Assembly: GCA_964016885.1 (NCBI GenBank)
Contig: OZ024741.1
Coordinates: 287,928,001-287,992,000, forward strand
Length of the DNA stretch: 64,000 bases
Direction of reading: 5' to 3'
Source of the DNA: Eledone cirrhosa
Taxonomy: Eukaryota
Position 1 is the first letter of the stretch; each line of letters starts with the position of its first letter. This document shows positions 40,701 to 54,000 of the stretch, piece after piece. The notes below the pieces were generated by a model that saw nothing but the letters and a program-made list of their open reading frames with translations, made no database searches and had not been told where the DNA came from. Made by a program: the position numbers and the translations under genes.

Positions 40701-43700
40701 CATTGAGCTAAAATACATCTAGTAAATGAGTAAAATTTACTCTCATTAATATTACCATTATATATACATATAAATTTGAAAAAAGCGTCCTACGTGGCTA
40801 AAAACACATGAATGAGTAAAAAGTATGGGTGAATGGATACAGACAGAAGTCCCATTTCATTAGTCGGCCACTAGAGATACATTAAAGCACCGAAACGCAT
40901 CGCTAGCAGTTGACTTATGGGATGGAACTTCTGTCTGTATTCATTCATTTTCTTGTCTTCACTCATGTTTTTTATTTATATATACACACATATATATATG
41001 AATTTACGGTGTCTTAATTTATTAATAAATTATCTTAATATCTATTTCTTTGATGAAATGAAATCGCGATATAAGCATGAATTTGTAGATGAAATTATAT
41101 TTTTATTTTAAAATGTATTTTTTGCTTGCAATGCTTACTTTTAATATACTGTAAATTTTTACACCTAAATACAATTTTTAGCCTATATATAATATTTGAG
41201 TTATTTAAGGTGTAATATGACTGAAATAATTTTATTTTAGTCTCTTCTTATATTACGCGTATATATATATATATATTAGCTAGAGTGGACTCTTCAGTGT
41301 TGGTACCGCAATAAAATATACACAGTACACACTATAAAGTGGTAGTGCCAGTGTCACAATAAAATGCACTGAGTACACTCTGTAAAGTGGTTGGCATTAG
41401 GAAAATCATCCAGTCATTGAAACCATGCCAAATATGGAACTTATGAGCTAGACGTAATTTCCTGATCAATCTAGTCTCAAACCCTGACAACCTGTATAAC
41501 CCATGCCAGCACGAAAAGCAGGCATAAATAAATGATGACTACATATACTTACCAGTCAAATTTTCTCTCTTGCACACAATGGCTAATTCCTCTTACTAAA
41601 ATCATTCATGCTCCCTCAATGATACATTACATTATATATCCAGCACAGTATGATTGTCTTATTTATAATGGGTTTCCATTCAATTTTTATATTCTAAATT
41701 TCACTCACATGGTATGAGATGATCTGAATCTATAGTAGAACAAATTTGTCCCAATACTTCACAGAACAACATAGTTTTCAAATGAACTTCTAAACCACAT
41801 AGCCCCAGTTCTAGTTTAAGTGCAGTGTCTCATAGCTATAAATATACACAACAACAGAGAGAAGCTACAAACTTCCAGCATTTTGGTTACCCAGGATCCT
41901 ACTGACTTGTCTACAGTTGTTATCAGGTGGACATAACCACTGATGGCTAAGTATGCTAAATATCATTGTCATTGACACAACTGAAGTGTCGTCTATGAAA
42001 CTTAGTGGGGATATATTACTACAGAATTTCAGAAAATGGGGAGGAATAGAAATAGAAAAAAGAACAGTTTACACACCCTAGGGTGTTTCAGCTTCATTAT
42101 ACTTTTCCATACATCATTAAGTATTGATAAACGTTGATTGGTAGGTGGGTCAGACAGAATAAGGCAAGCTCCAAGAGTACGATATAACATGTGCTGAAAA
42201 ATAACAAGAAAATAAAGAAATACTTTTTAGAATTATTATCATCATGTTATTGACCTCTCAAGACACAAGGTCTTGCCTCACCATTGGCTTCAGTACACTA
42301 TCCTTGTGATATGACTAGAAATTGTCATGGGAACCACCCTTCATCTGCTGACTAATATAATAAAAAAAGAAATGCATAAGAAAACAAATTATGCCTGTAA
42401 TTCAAAAGGCCAGCTTTGTCACAGTGAATCTCTCTGTGACAAGGCTTGCCCCTTGTGTCACAGTGAATCTCTCTGGGAATTACATTAACCCTTTAGCATT
42501 TAAACTAGCTGTATCCGGCCAGAATCCTCTCACCTCTCTCTGTTCAAACTGGCCAGAACCGGCTGCTCAATAAGGTAAATAATATCAAAATCTCATAGAT
42601 TTGATATTATGTGAGATAAAGCCTTTACCATGAAAATATAATAGTATATATAGAGTAATGTAAATGCTAAAGGGTTAATTGTAGGAGCAGACTGTTCTGA
42701 TGATCAAACAACTTGACCATGTGCTAATGGCTTTCATGGTGTTACACAGGCTCTAATTATTTATATCTGGAATGTTCTTCTTCAAAGTATAGGCTTGCCT
42801 AAGGTTTTTGAGGTGAGTAGGGCATGGTGGGAAGCCAGCAGTTACCCATGCTTGCAGTTCTCCATCTCTAGACTATTGATATACAAAGGAAAGCCAAAGC
42901 TGATACAGCTTGGTACCAGTGCTGTTTCAGAGGTTGCAGCCAAAACATAAAGAGCCGGAACAGATACCATCTTGTCAGATGGTCAAGCAATTCTTCACAT
43001 CTACCCCTCCATATTGGTACTTTACTAACCCTAAAAGGATGAAAGGTTACATTGACTATGACAGGGTTTGAACTCGGAGCACAAAAGAGACAGAATAAAT
43101 ACTGTAAGCCATTCTATCTGATGTTCTAACGAGTCTGCCAACTCACTATCTTTATATGTGTATATTGCATGAATATTAGTGCATATATGCATGGAATTGC
43201 AGGAACAGTGTGTGTATGTGTGTGCGTGCGCACACAGTAATGAATGGGTTTCACAAAATAGTTATTGCCTGTGGAACAGTAAGTAACCAGAAACATTTAT
43301 GGATCACAGTATAATCAAGTTATTTATTGAACAATGATGTCACACACATACACACCTTTGGAAAACCAGATTCTTCACAATTTTTAATCATTTCCACAAA
43401 CTGAGATGCTCTGTTTGCAATATAACTGGGTTGGAATGCAGAAATTATGGAGTTCAACAGTAGAGCACTGCAACAAAGAGATGATAGAAGAAAAAAATAT
43501 AAATATATTATATACATATACATCATTATTATCCTTATTGTTTTTACGTCTGTTTTTCCACGCTTGCATAGGTTGTATGGATCCTTCTCAGCACGGCATC
43601 TCTGCACTCATCATGTTCCTTTATCTTCCCCTTTACCAGTCTTAGTGATTTGAGGTCAGCTCTCACAACCTCTGCCTAGGTCTTTCTTGGTTTTCTACCT

Positions 43701-46700
43701 TCCACTGAAATTTCCTGGCATTTTTTCCTCCAGCGGTCATTGCCCATGCACATCACATGTCCATACCAATGCAGTTTTCCCTCCTGCATACCACCTTGGA
43801 TTCCTCTTAAACCCAGTTTCTCCCTCAGCTTATCCAAACCTGCCTTTCTCTCACACTGACATTGCACATCCAACAAAGCAAGGTTGCTTCATTTCTCTCC
43901 AGTCTATGCATGTCCTCTGCAGTCACAGCCTGTTCACTACCATGCAGCATTGCACTTCGCACAGAGGCATCATACATACATCCTTTTGTACATAGAGAGA
44001 AACCTTTTGTCAACAGTGGGAGCAGCTCTCTAAACTTCTTCATTCCAATCCTTATTCTAGCTATTATACACTCAGCACACCTTCCTCTGCTGCTAATTAA
44101 GTCACCTATATAGCAAAAGTTAACAGCCACTTCTATGACCCCATCCTATGACTGGAAAAAGTTTATATCATTGGCACTCTTCCTCTCGATTACTCCTGCA
44201 CATTTTCAACAGGTAAAGTTCTCCCTTCCCATTAGTCTACTCATTATCCCACTACATCTTTTGTGTACCCAAGATTTACATTGTGTACATTGTATGGAGT
44301 TTATGCCTACCCCTTTTCTACATATGCAACAGGGCTACTTTCCTGAGGGGATCAAGGTCTTATCTTCTTTTCAATATATCATCATCATCATTTAATGTCC
44401 ACTTTCCATGCTAGCAACGTTGTACAGGTCTACATAGACTAAGTCAGTACTGAAGCAGGATTGCTTACCTCCCAGACAGGATGGGATGTGGGGTCTGCAT
44501 CTCACATTTGGTCTCACACACACATATATATATGTAGTTTAGGGATTGTAACATTAAGTTACTGTTTGTTCACCAAAGGGTGCACTTGATGCATAGTTTC
44601 CTGTACGTACTTAGTGGTTGTACTAGGCAGGGTGTAATAATAAGTATGGACGAGGTGTCAAGTTTTCATTAAGTTTATTCAGGTGTGATATGCATTTCGC
44701 GATTGAGCAGCTCAAAGTTCGATTGCTATCGATCGGACCCAACTCTGGAATCAAAAGCTCATCAGACTTCTGTTTGCTTAATTAAGCAAACATTGAACCT
44801 TGAGCTGATCAATCACAAAACACGCGTCACACCTGAATAAACTTAAAGAAAACTTTACACCTCGTCCAAACTTATTATTTATATATATATACGTCCCTTT
44901 ACGATCCGAGTTCAAATCCCACCGAGGTTGACTTTACCTTTCATCCTTACGGGGTCGATAAAATAAAGTACCAGTAATGCACTGGGAAATTGCTGGCCTT
45001 GTGCCTAAAGTAGAAACAATTATTTATATATATATATATGATGATGATGTATGTATAGTATATTTGGCAATATACCGTATCATTATCATCATCATTTTAG
45101 TCCGCTTTTCCCTGCTTGCAAGGGAATTAAAAACATTTTAAAGACCATACGCTATAAGTTTTAAAGTAGTGACTATGTCACTTACTTACTTTCGGCGAAA
45201 GAAGGGAGAGAAGCTGACAGTCTGTTTCACGCTGGTTGGCCTTCATCAGAGCCACGCACTCCCCTGCTTCTGCCGAAAATTATAGAAGCTGGATTCTTAT
45301 AGAATTCCAGTAATAATCAGGAGCTGATTATACAGAGCGATTACCAGTCCAGCAAAAATTAGGTGTTAGGATTGGTGCTCTGAAATAGCAATGTATACAT
45401 GAATATATGTATAGTATATTTAGGCAATGCTGATTATTACTGGAATTCTAGAAGAATCCAACTTCTATAATTTTCGGCGGAAGTAGGGGAGTGCGTGGCT
45501 CTGATGAACGCCAACCAGCGTGAAACAGACTGTCAGCCTCTCTCCCTTCTTTTGCCAAAAGTAAGTAAGTGATTACTTTAAAACTGATAGCATATGTTCT
45601 TCTAAATGTTTTTAATTAAACATACGGTATATTGCCAAATATACTATACATACATCGCTATTTCAGAGCACCAATCCTAATACCTTATATATATATATTA
45701 CATATATGTATATATATAAAAGGAGGTGTTGTAGCTTGCTTGAAGCATTGTGTAAAATTAAGAAAAAGTTAACCTCAGCAGGATTTGAACTCAGACCGTA
45801 AAGGTACGCAACTCTATGCTGCAAAGCATGGTGTCTGACCCTCTACCGATACTGCCAATCCACCACCCTAAATGTAATAATTGTTTCTACTTTTTGGCAC
45901 AAGGCCAGCAATTATCCCAGTGTATTACTGGTATTTTATTTTATCGACCCTGTAAGGATGAAAGGCAAAGTGAACCTCTGCGAGATTTGAACTCAGACTA
46001 TAAAGGGGCGTAACTCCATGCTGCAAAGCATTGCATCTGACCCTCTACCGATACAGCCAATACAACTCTCTAAATATAATAATAATTGTTTCTACTTTTG
46101 GCACAAGGCCAGCAATTACCCAGTGTATTACTGGTACTTTATTTTATCGACCCCGTAAGGATGACAGGCAAAGTTAACCTCGGTGGGATTTGAACTCAGA
46201 ATGGCAAGGGCCGTAACTCTATGCATCAAAGCATGGCGTCCGACCCTCTACTGATACTGCCAATCCACCTAAATATAATAATAATTGTTTCTACTTTTGG
46301 CACAAGGCCAGCAATTACCCAGTGTATTACTGGTACTTTATTTTATCGACCTGTAAGGATGAAAGGCAAAGTTAACCTCGGCGAGATTTGAACTCATAAT
46401 GAAAAAGGCCGTAACTCTTTGCGTCAAAGCATGGCATCCGACCCTCTACCGATACTGCCAATCCACAATAAAACCCCATAAGGCTCACCTGTTGCAATGA
46501 TCGTTGGTCTTCTTTAGAATTTGTTCCAATGTCTCAGAGGTGGCATCATGAGCCAAACACTGTAGTAGCCAATCAAGAGCAGGAGAATATAGGGTTAAAT
46601 ATTTAGGGGTCTCCAGTTTTTGTCGAGCTAGCACATTCTGTACACCATCTTCATGAATCTAGAATTTTGGGTTCAAATTGAACGAGTAAAGTGAGTGGAG

Positions 46701-49700
46701 AAAGAAATATTAACAACAAATTGATGTTTTTATGAAAATGATTCAAAAGAATGTATCTTATATACCAAATACATATCCTAAACAGAGAAATATATACACA
46801 TACTAACACATACATGTAACTTTATAAACACTTGTCAAAAGTCAACAAACATTACATACATATTTGTACATTACACGCATCTATGTGTATGTGTGTATAT
46901 AAGTTGACATAAAAACGATGATGATGACTATATATATAGTCATCATCATCGTTTTTATGCAAACTTTTAAATGATTGCATGGATTAGACAGGACTTTTTG
47001 AGATTTTGAGGCAATGATTTAGAACCGGATACCTTTCCTAGCACAAACCTTTTTAGTCACTTCTTACAACACAGATATGGGGTACCTATTCTATATATAT
47101 ATATAGAGAAAAATAGGTACCACATACAAACACATGCATCAAAAAATAAAATAAAATCACACATGCACCTAACTTTACCAATGGAGGTGATACTTTACCA
47201 GTATCACATACACACATATTTATGTAAAATCTAGTCAATTACCTGGTGATAAGTATAGAGGAAATCATCAAAGCATGGTAGTAAATGTTCACGGTAACCA
47301 AAAGCTACAGTGGCTCCCACCTGGAACAGAACAGAAATATACTTTATTAACCCTTTCATTATATTTTTTGCTAAATATAGCTTGGAGAAGGTGGTAAATT
47401 AGTAAAGTTATTGGAATGTCAAACACAATACTTTGTACTATTCGTTTCAGCTCTCTGAGTTCAAATCATGCCAAGGTCAACTTTGCCTTTCATCCTTTTG
47501 AAGTTGATAGAGAAAGTACCAGTCAAGCACTGGGGTTCGATTTTTGTTCTATATCTCTTTTTCACTTCCTTTTCCTCACTCTCTTTCAATCTCTGCAAGA
47601 AATCAGCTATGTTCAGGCCTGGAGAGGGATGGGTTCTATCAGGTTTTAAATGTCATGATGGCATCCATATGACTCCATCAAGAAACACAGATTCATACAT
47701 ATATACATATAAATAGCTAGGAGAGAGAGAGAGAGAATATAATAATGCAGAAAATCTTTATACAAGATGAGTAATATGAAAATAAAAGTGGCATTCAAGT
47801 CATTTGGTGAAGTTCTTGTTATCGTTAGTAGCTCAGCTTACTGAGGTGTCAGATGATGCATGTGAGGGTGCTTGGTTGTTTCAGTGCCTTAGCCTTGCCA
47901 TCACCTGCGGTAATGCTGCAAACATGTTGGCTTGCCTCAAAAATGTCCAATGATCTTTGTGGTGTGTGACTTAATGGTTAAATCGATGGGGTTATTTTTT
48001 TCACTTTGATTGTATATTTTTGTGTATTATATTTCTAAAGTTCCTAACAATAATTATTTGTATATATATATAAAAACAATATTTTGTATTTATATGACTA
48101 AAAAAAAACATACCAAATGGTCTAAGCCCTTAAGATATTGATAAAGACGAAGTAGGTATAATAAAATTGTCAAACTTACTCTACATAAATAACAGCGAGC
48201 GTATGCAGCAACCAATGGGTCACCAATTCCTCTTATCATGGATGCAAGTCTCTTCAAAGAATTACCATGTTCTCTGAGAAAGTTAACAGATATAGAAGTA
48301 AATACATCAATAAAATTATGTAGTTGTTTTTTTTTTTTACCCTTTCATGACTATATTTCTAATGAAATACACTTTATTTTCATTATTTTCATTATTAAGA
48401 TAGTAACTTAATCTATCGTTCGTATTTAAATTATGTTGGAAGACAATGGGTCAATGTTTAGAATGGCAGGCCAAGTTGGTAAAATAAAAGCTCCAGGTTT
48501 AGGCTTATATATTATCAGAAGACAATTGGAGCATGACTTAGTGGTTAGAGTGGTTATTGCTTGCAATCAGGAGGTTGTGAGTTCAATTCTTGGACCGGGT
48601 GGTGTGTTGTGTCCGTGAGCAAACTCTATATTTCACATTGTCCCAATTTACTCGGCTGAAGAAATGAGTTGCAACATCACTGATGCCAAGTTGTATATCA
48701 GCTTTTGCCTTTCTTTTGGACATCATCGGTGGCATGGATGTTTATGCAGGTGTGGTGAGCTGCATATGTTCCAGCCATTAGAAAAAGAAAAATAAGTGCT
48801 TCATCTTCAAAAGAGGAATGACTCAAGAGAAAAAAGAAAGAAAAAGAAAAAAAGGAAAAAAAAGAAAAGAAAAGAAAGAAAAAAGAAAAGAAAGAAAAAG
48901 GAAAAGAAAGAAAAGGAAAAGAAAGAAAAGGAAAAGAAAGAAAAAGGAAAAGAAAGAAAAGAAAAGAGAAAAAGAGAAAAGAAAAGAAAAGAAAGAAAAA
49001 GAAAAAGAAAAGGAAAAAGAAAAAGAGAAGAAAAAGAAAAAGAAGGAAAAAAGAAAAAAGAAAACAAAGTAAAAGAAAAAGAAGAAAATCAGAGACCACA
49101 TTATTGATTAACATGTATTTTCTATGCATGCACAGATTATATGGGTCATCACATTCTGAGGCCTGACTGGGCAAATGTGACCACATCTCCCTCATACATT
49201 CCATTTTGGGCTTGGTTTCTATGGTGAGATAACCTTCCTTACACTAACAACTTTACAGAGTATACTGGGAGTGTTTTACCATGGTACCAGCACCTTCCAG
49301 GGTTGACTGGGTGCGTTTTATCATGGCACCAACACTACTACTTTACAGGATAGACTGAGTACTTTTCAGTGTGGTACCATTACTACCACTTTACAGATTA
49401 GGCTGGGTGCATTTTATTCTGGCACCAGGACTACCACTTCAAAGTGCCGACTGGAAGCATTTTATCACCGTACTAACACTATCACTTTACAGAATGGGAT
49501 GAATGTATTTTATTGTGGCTCCAGCACTACCCCATTAAGACATTAAGGAGACAGACAAACTGAAATGATGATGAACAATCAAAATTATTAAACGAATGAA
49601 AGAAAAAAAATCCACCTTATTTTCTTTGTTTAGTTAGGGGAAAAAGTTTAGTGCTCATGACTCTTTTTAGGGCCTCCAACATTGATGACAGGGAGGTAGG

Positions 49701-50971
49701 CTGGCCTATCTAGGAGATCAGTGGCTCGGCTTCAGTACTGACTTGGTCCACCCATCCAACCCTTGCTAGCAGGAAAAGCGGACATTAAAATAATGACGAT
49801 GATGATGATGTATATAACATGCAAGATGAAAGAAACAATACATACTTTGCATCCAGATAGTTGTAACACTTTAGAATAGCCACTTCAACATAGAAACGTG
49901 GAATAAGTTCTCGTATTGAAGCAATCTTGTAGAACCAGTTGTAGCAGATTTCCTTGGCAGCATCAGGTACTTCAGACGGTGAAAAATTGTCTATGGAAAC
50001 AGAAACACATGTAGATTTTAATGTTATATATATATATTTAAAAAGTGTGTGTCCCAATGCAAATGACCATAATAATTGTTCATATGTTAGGCACAAGGCC
50101 AGTGCATTACTGGTGCTTTATTTTATCAACCCCGTAAGGATGAAAAGCAAAGCTAACCTCGGCGGGATTTGAACTCAGAATGTAATGGGCCATAACTCTA
50201 TGCTGCAAAGCATTTTGTCTGGCACTCTACCGATACTGCCAATCCACTGCAAATGACCATAATACGAGTCAATCACTATAAATAGTAATTGAAAGTATTA
50301 AGTAAATTACATCTGAAGTTGGAAAAAAGTGAACAGAGGTGTCTACTCTACCACAACATATTGTACTGAATACATTTGATTGCGACACCAGCACTACCAT
50401 TTTACAGAGAGTACTGGGTGCATTTGATTGCGACACCAGCACTACCATGTTACAGAGAGTACTGGCTACATTTTATTGTAACACCAGCACTACTATTTTA
50501 CAGAGAATACTGGGTGCATTTTATTGTAACACCAGCACTACAACTTTACAGAGAGTACTGGATACATTTGATTGTGACACCAGCACTACAACTTGACAAA
50601 GTATATTGGATATATTTGACTGAGACACCAGCACTACCACTTTACAGAGTGTAATGGATCAGCACTTTACAGTGTACTGGGTGTATTTTATAATAACATC
50701 AGCACTACCACATTATAGATAGTGAAAACAAATATAACAACCAAAGATAAACTGGATGAATTATGTAGAATTGAGAAGACAATGAAATGATTGCAAGAAG
50801 GGAATATAAATTGAAGGTAAAACTATTTTTCAAATACCTGATAATGTAACTGGTTTGGTTCCGGGAGAGGTTACCATGGCTTTTTCTTTCAAACGATCAT
50901 AGACTAACTTTCCTAAAATAAAGAAATGAAAATAGAAAATTATTATTAATGTTCATATAGCTATTGTATGT

Positions 50972-51030
<59 letters not shown>

Positions 51031-54000
51031 GTAGGTATGTGTGTATGTAAGTGTGACTCATCATCATTTTGGAAAGAAATGAAGCATGCATGCTCCAATG
51101 GATGTGTAATAGTAATATACACGAACAGCAAAGCATAATTGGATTGAATTGAGAGAAATTAGGCATAAGAGGTATCAGATGCAGTATGGTAGAGAGGAGA
51201 TTGTATTGGTATAGTCATGTGATGTACATTAAGGATGACAGCTGTATAAAAAGGTGCAGGGCAATCAAAATTGATGGAAGCTATGGAGAAGGAAGACATG
51301 GGATGAGGTGATAAAAGCTGACTTTGCACAATTGCACCTCTCAAAGACAATGACACAGGAATAAGATCTTTGGCATTATGCAGCAATACAGAAGACATGC
51401 CTTCCCATGCGCATGGACTCAAACATAAATCTAGTAGGCACCTCTTAACCGCTATATCCCCTTCCATACACGCTATGGTGTAGGAAGACTTGGGGTGAGG
51501 TGATAAAAGCTGACCTTACACAATTACACCTCTGAAAGGCGATGACACAGGATCAAGATCTCTGGTGTTATACAGTAATCCAGAAGACCCACCTTCCTAT
51601 GTGCATGGCTTGAAGTATACATATGTGTATGTATATATGTATTTGTGTGTTCAAAATGTAACTGTGCATTTTTATATCAACACTTACCAAACGTATCAAG
51701 AATATCTGTAACCAAAACAAATTTACTTGGGTAGAATTGAATAACAGAAGTGTCAGATAACAGCTTGGAACACTACAATATAGATGAAAAGAAACGAAAG
51801 TATGAGAGAACAGCTGGAAAGATGATGTTACCAAATGTAGTGTAGCTGTAAATATATACTTTAGTGTTACCAGTCTGTAGGGTAGATGTAAATATATACT
51901 TTAGTGTCAACAGCCTGTAGTGTAGATGTAAATATGTACTGTAAAGTTGGTGTCAACAGCCTGTAGTGTAGATGTAAATATATACTGTAAAGTTGGTGTC
52001 AACAGCCTGTAGTGTAGATGTAAATATATACTGTAAAGTTGGTGTCAACAGCCTATAGTGTAGATGTAAATATATACTGTAAAGTTGGTGTCAACAGCCT
52101 GTAGTGTAGATGTAAATATATACTGTAAAGTTGGTGTCAACAGCCTGTAGTGTAGATGTAAATATATACTGTAAAATTGGTGTCAACAGCCTGTAGTGTA
52201 GATGTAAATATATACTGTAAAGTTGGTGTCAACAGCCTGTAGTGTAGATGTAAATATATACTGTAAAGTGGTTTATAAAAACACATCTCAAACATCTATA
52301 GAAGGAAAAAAAAAAGTTTACCTGTATGGCTATCTTAAGGGATTTCACCCGTTGGTCTTGGTCCCAGGCATTAATAAGGGCCATGTTGAGTTCATCAATC
52401 CTCTTCACATATTCTTGTTGACTTAAATCCAACATTTCCTGTATAGAACCCTGCAATGACAAAACCCATTGTTTCACAGAAACAATGATGTAATCAAGTG
52501 AAAAAAAACTCTCTATAAAGAAACTACTACACAGACACCCAGTATGCTCTGTAAACAGGTTGGTAATAGGAAGGGAATTCAGCAATAGAAAACTTGCAAA
52601 ACAAAGGGTTAGGAGAACTCTGCTGCTGTGTCAAATACATGACAATCTCCCATGTGCTGCTGTCATGATAAAATGCACTCAGTGTCTGAGATCATGTGAA
52701 AGTGAGGTGCAGGTTGCCAGCTTGTCTGATCACTTAGTAGGGTGCAGGAATGTAAGTTAGATGGAGTGTCTTGGCCAACCATGAGGTCAGTACCTCTATT
52801 TTGAGTACCAACCCAGTGTACAACTCTCACTAGCAGGGACAGCGAATGCTAAATACTGATGACGCTGATGATAACATATGTGGTGAGGGACTTTCTAGAC
52901 AGTCACATAAACAGCTCAATATAGGAGACAAATTTTAATTGCATCAATTTCAACAGAAGTCATTTGACAAATAAATACAATTTCAAAATTCAAGAGGACA
53001 AGGTTGTTGTTTTTTTTTTGGGGGGGGGGGGGTTTCCATGGAGAGGGAATATCAGATATGATATTCATGGACCTCTCCTTTGCTGTTCCACCTCAGACAA
53101 ATGTACTCAAACAATTAACCGTGCTCTTAGAAGCCCTGTTTGCCAACCAAACAACATTTTGTTGTGAGGTTGACAAACCAAATTTAACACTACCACGTTA
53201 CAAAATTTGCTAATTCTAGAATTTATATTATAAAAAGAAAAAAACGAAACTTTCATGCACCTCTTCAAAATCGTCCAACTGCTCCAGTCTGTTCTTTACT
53301 TTATCTGTAACAGTGCTTTGGGTTTTGATAATAACTGCAAGAAATGACAAAGAAAAACAGAAAATTAAAAATACAGTGGAACCTCGGTTCAAGAACATCC
53401 CTCATCACAAACAATTTTTCCAAATATAAAATGTCTTGGTTCTATGATCATGTCCCAAGCAATGAATATGCAAGCTGGCAACAACAGTTAGCAACAAGCT
53501 TGGAGCATCGGCAGGAAAGCATCACTTGCTGTGTAGTTAGTCACTGCGCATGTCAATCCTGTTCATGAAAATAATGAACAAGAGAGGTGACAGTATGCAC
53601 TCTTAGCGTAATATTATCATTTGGAATATAAATGTTGGACTTCCTAGTTACTTATAACTTCCCCTGTATAATCAGGAGAATGTTAATAGCCATTATTTGG
53701 ATTTCATGAATTACCTTTTTCTTTGTCCGATGTAGAAAGAAAACTGGTAGTGATTGATAGCTTTTCAGATGTAGTGTACTTTGAAAGTATCCCAGCTTTT
53801 TTGAGACACCATGGTTCAAAGTTCTCATCTTCAGTTCCAGAGAGAGCAGAAAAACTTCTTTCCTGAAATAATCAAAACCGTTATTCATTATTTTATTTAG
53901 TTAGGATGGTAGATTGACGAAATTATCAATGTATTAGACAAAATACTTTGTGGCATATAGTTACAGCGCTTTATGTTCTAAGTTCACAATTCTACCAAGG

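Noticed and set aside
48698-49204. K/E/R-rich and F/S/L-rich ORFs
   Set aside because: Low-complexity purine tract inside an intron.
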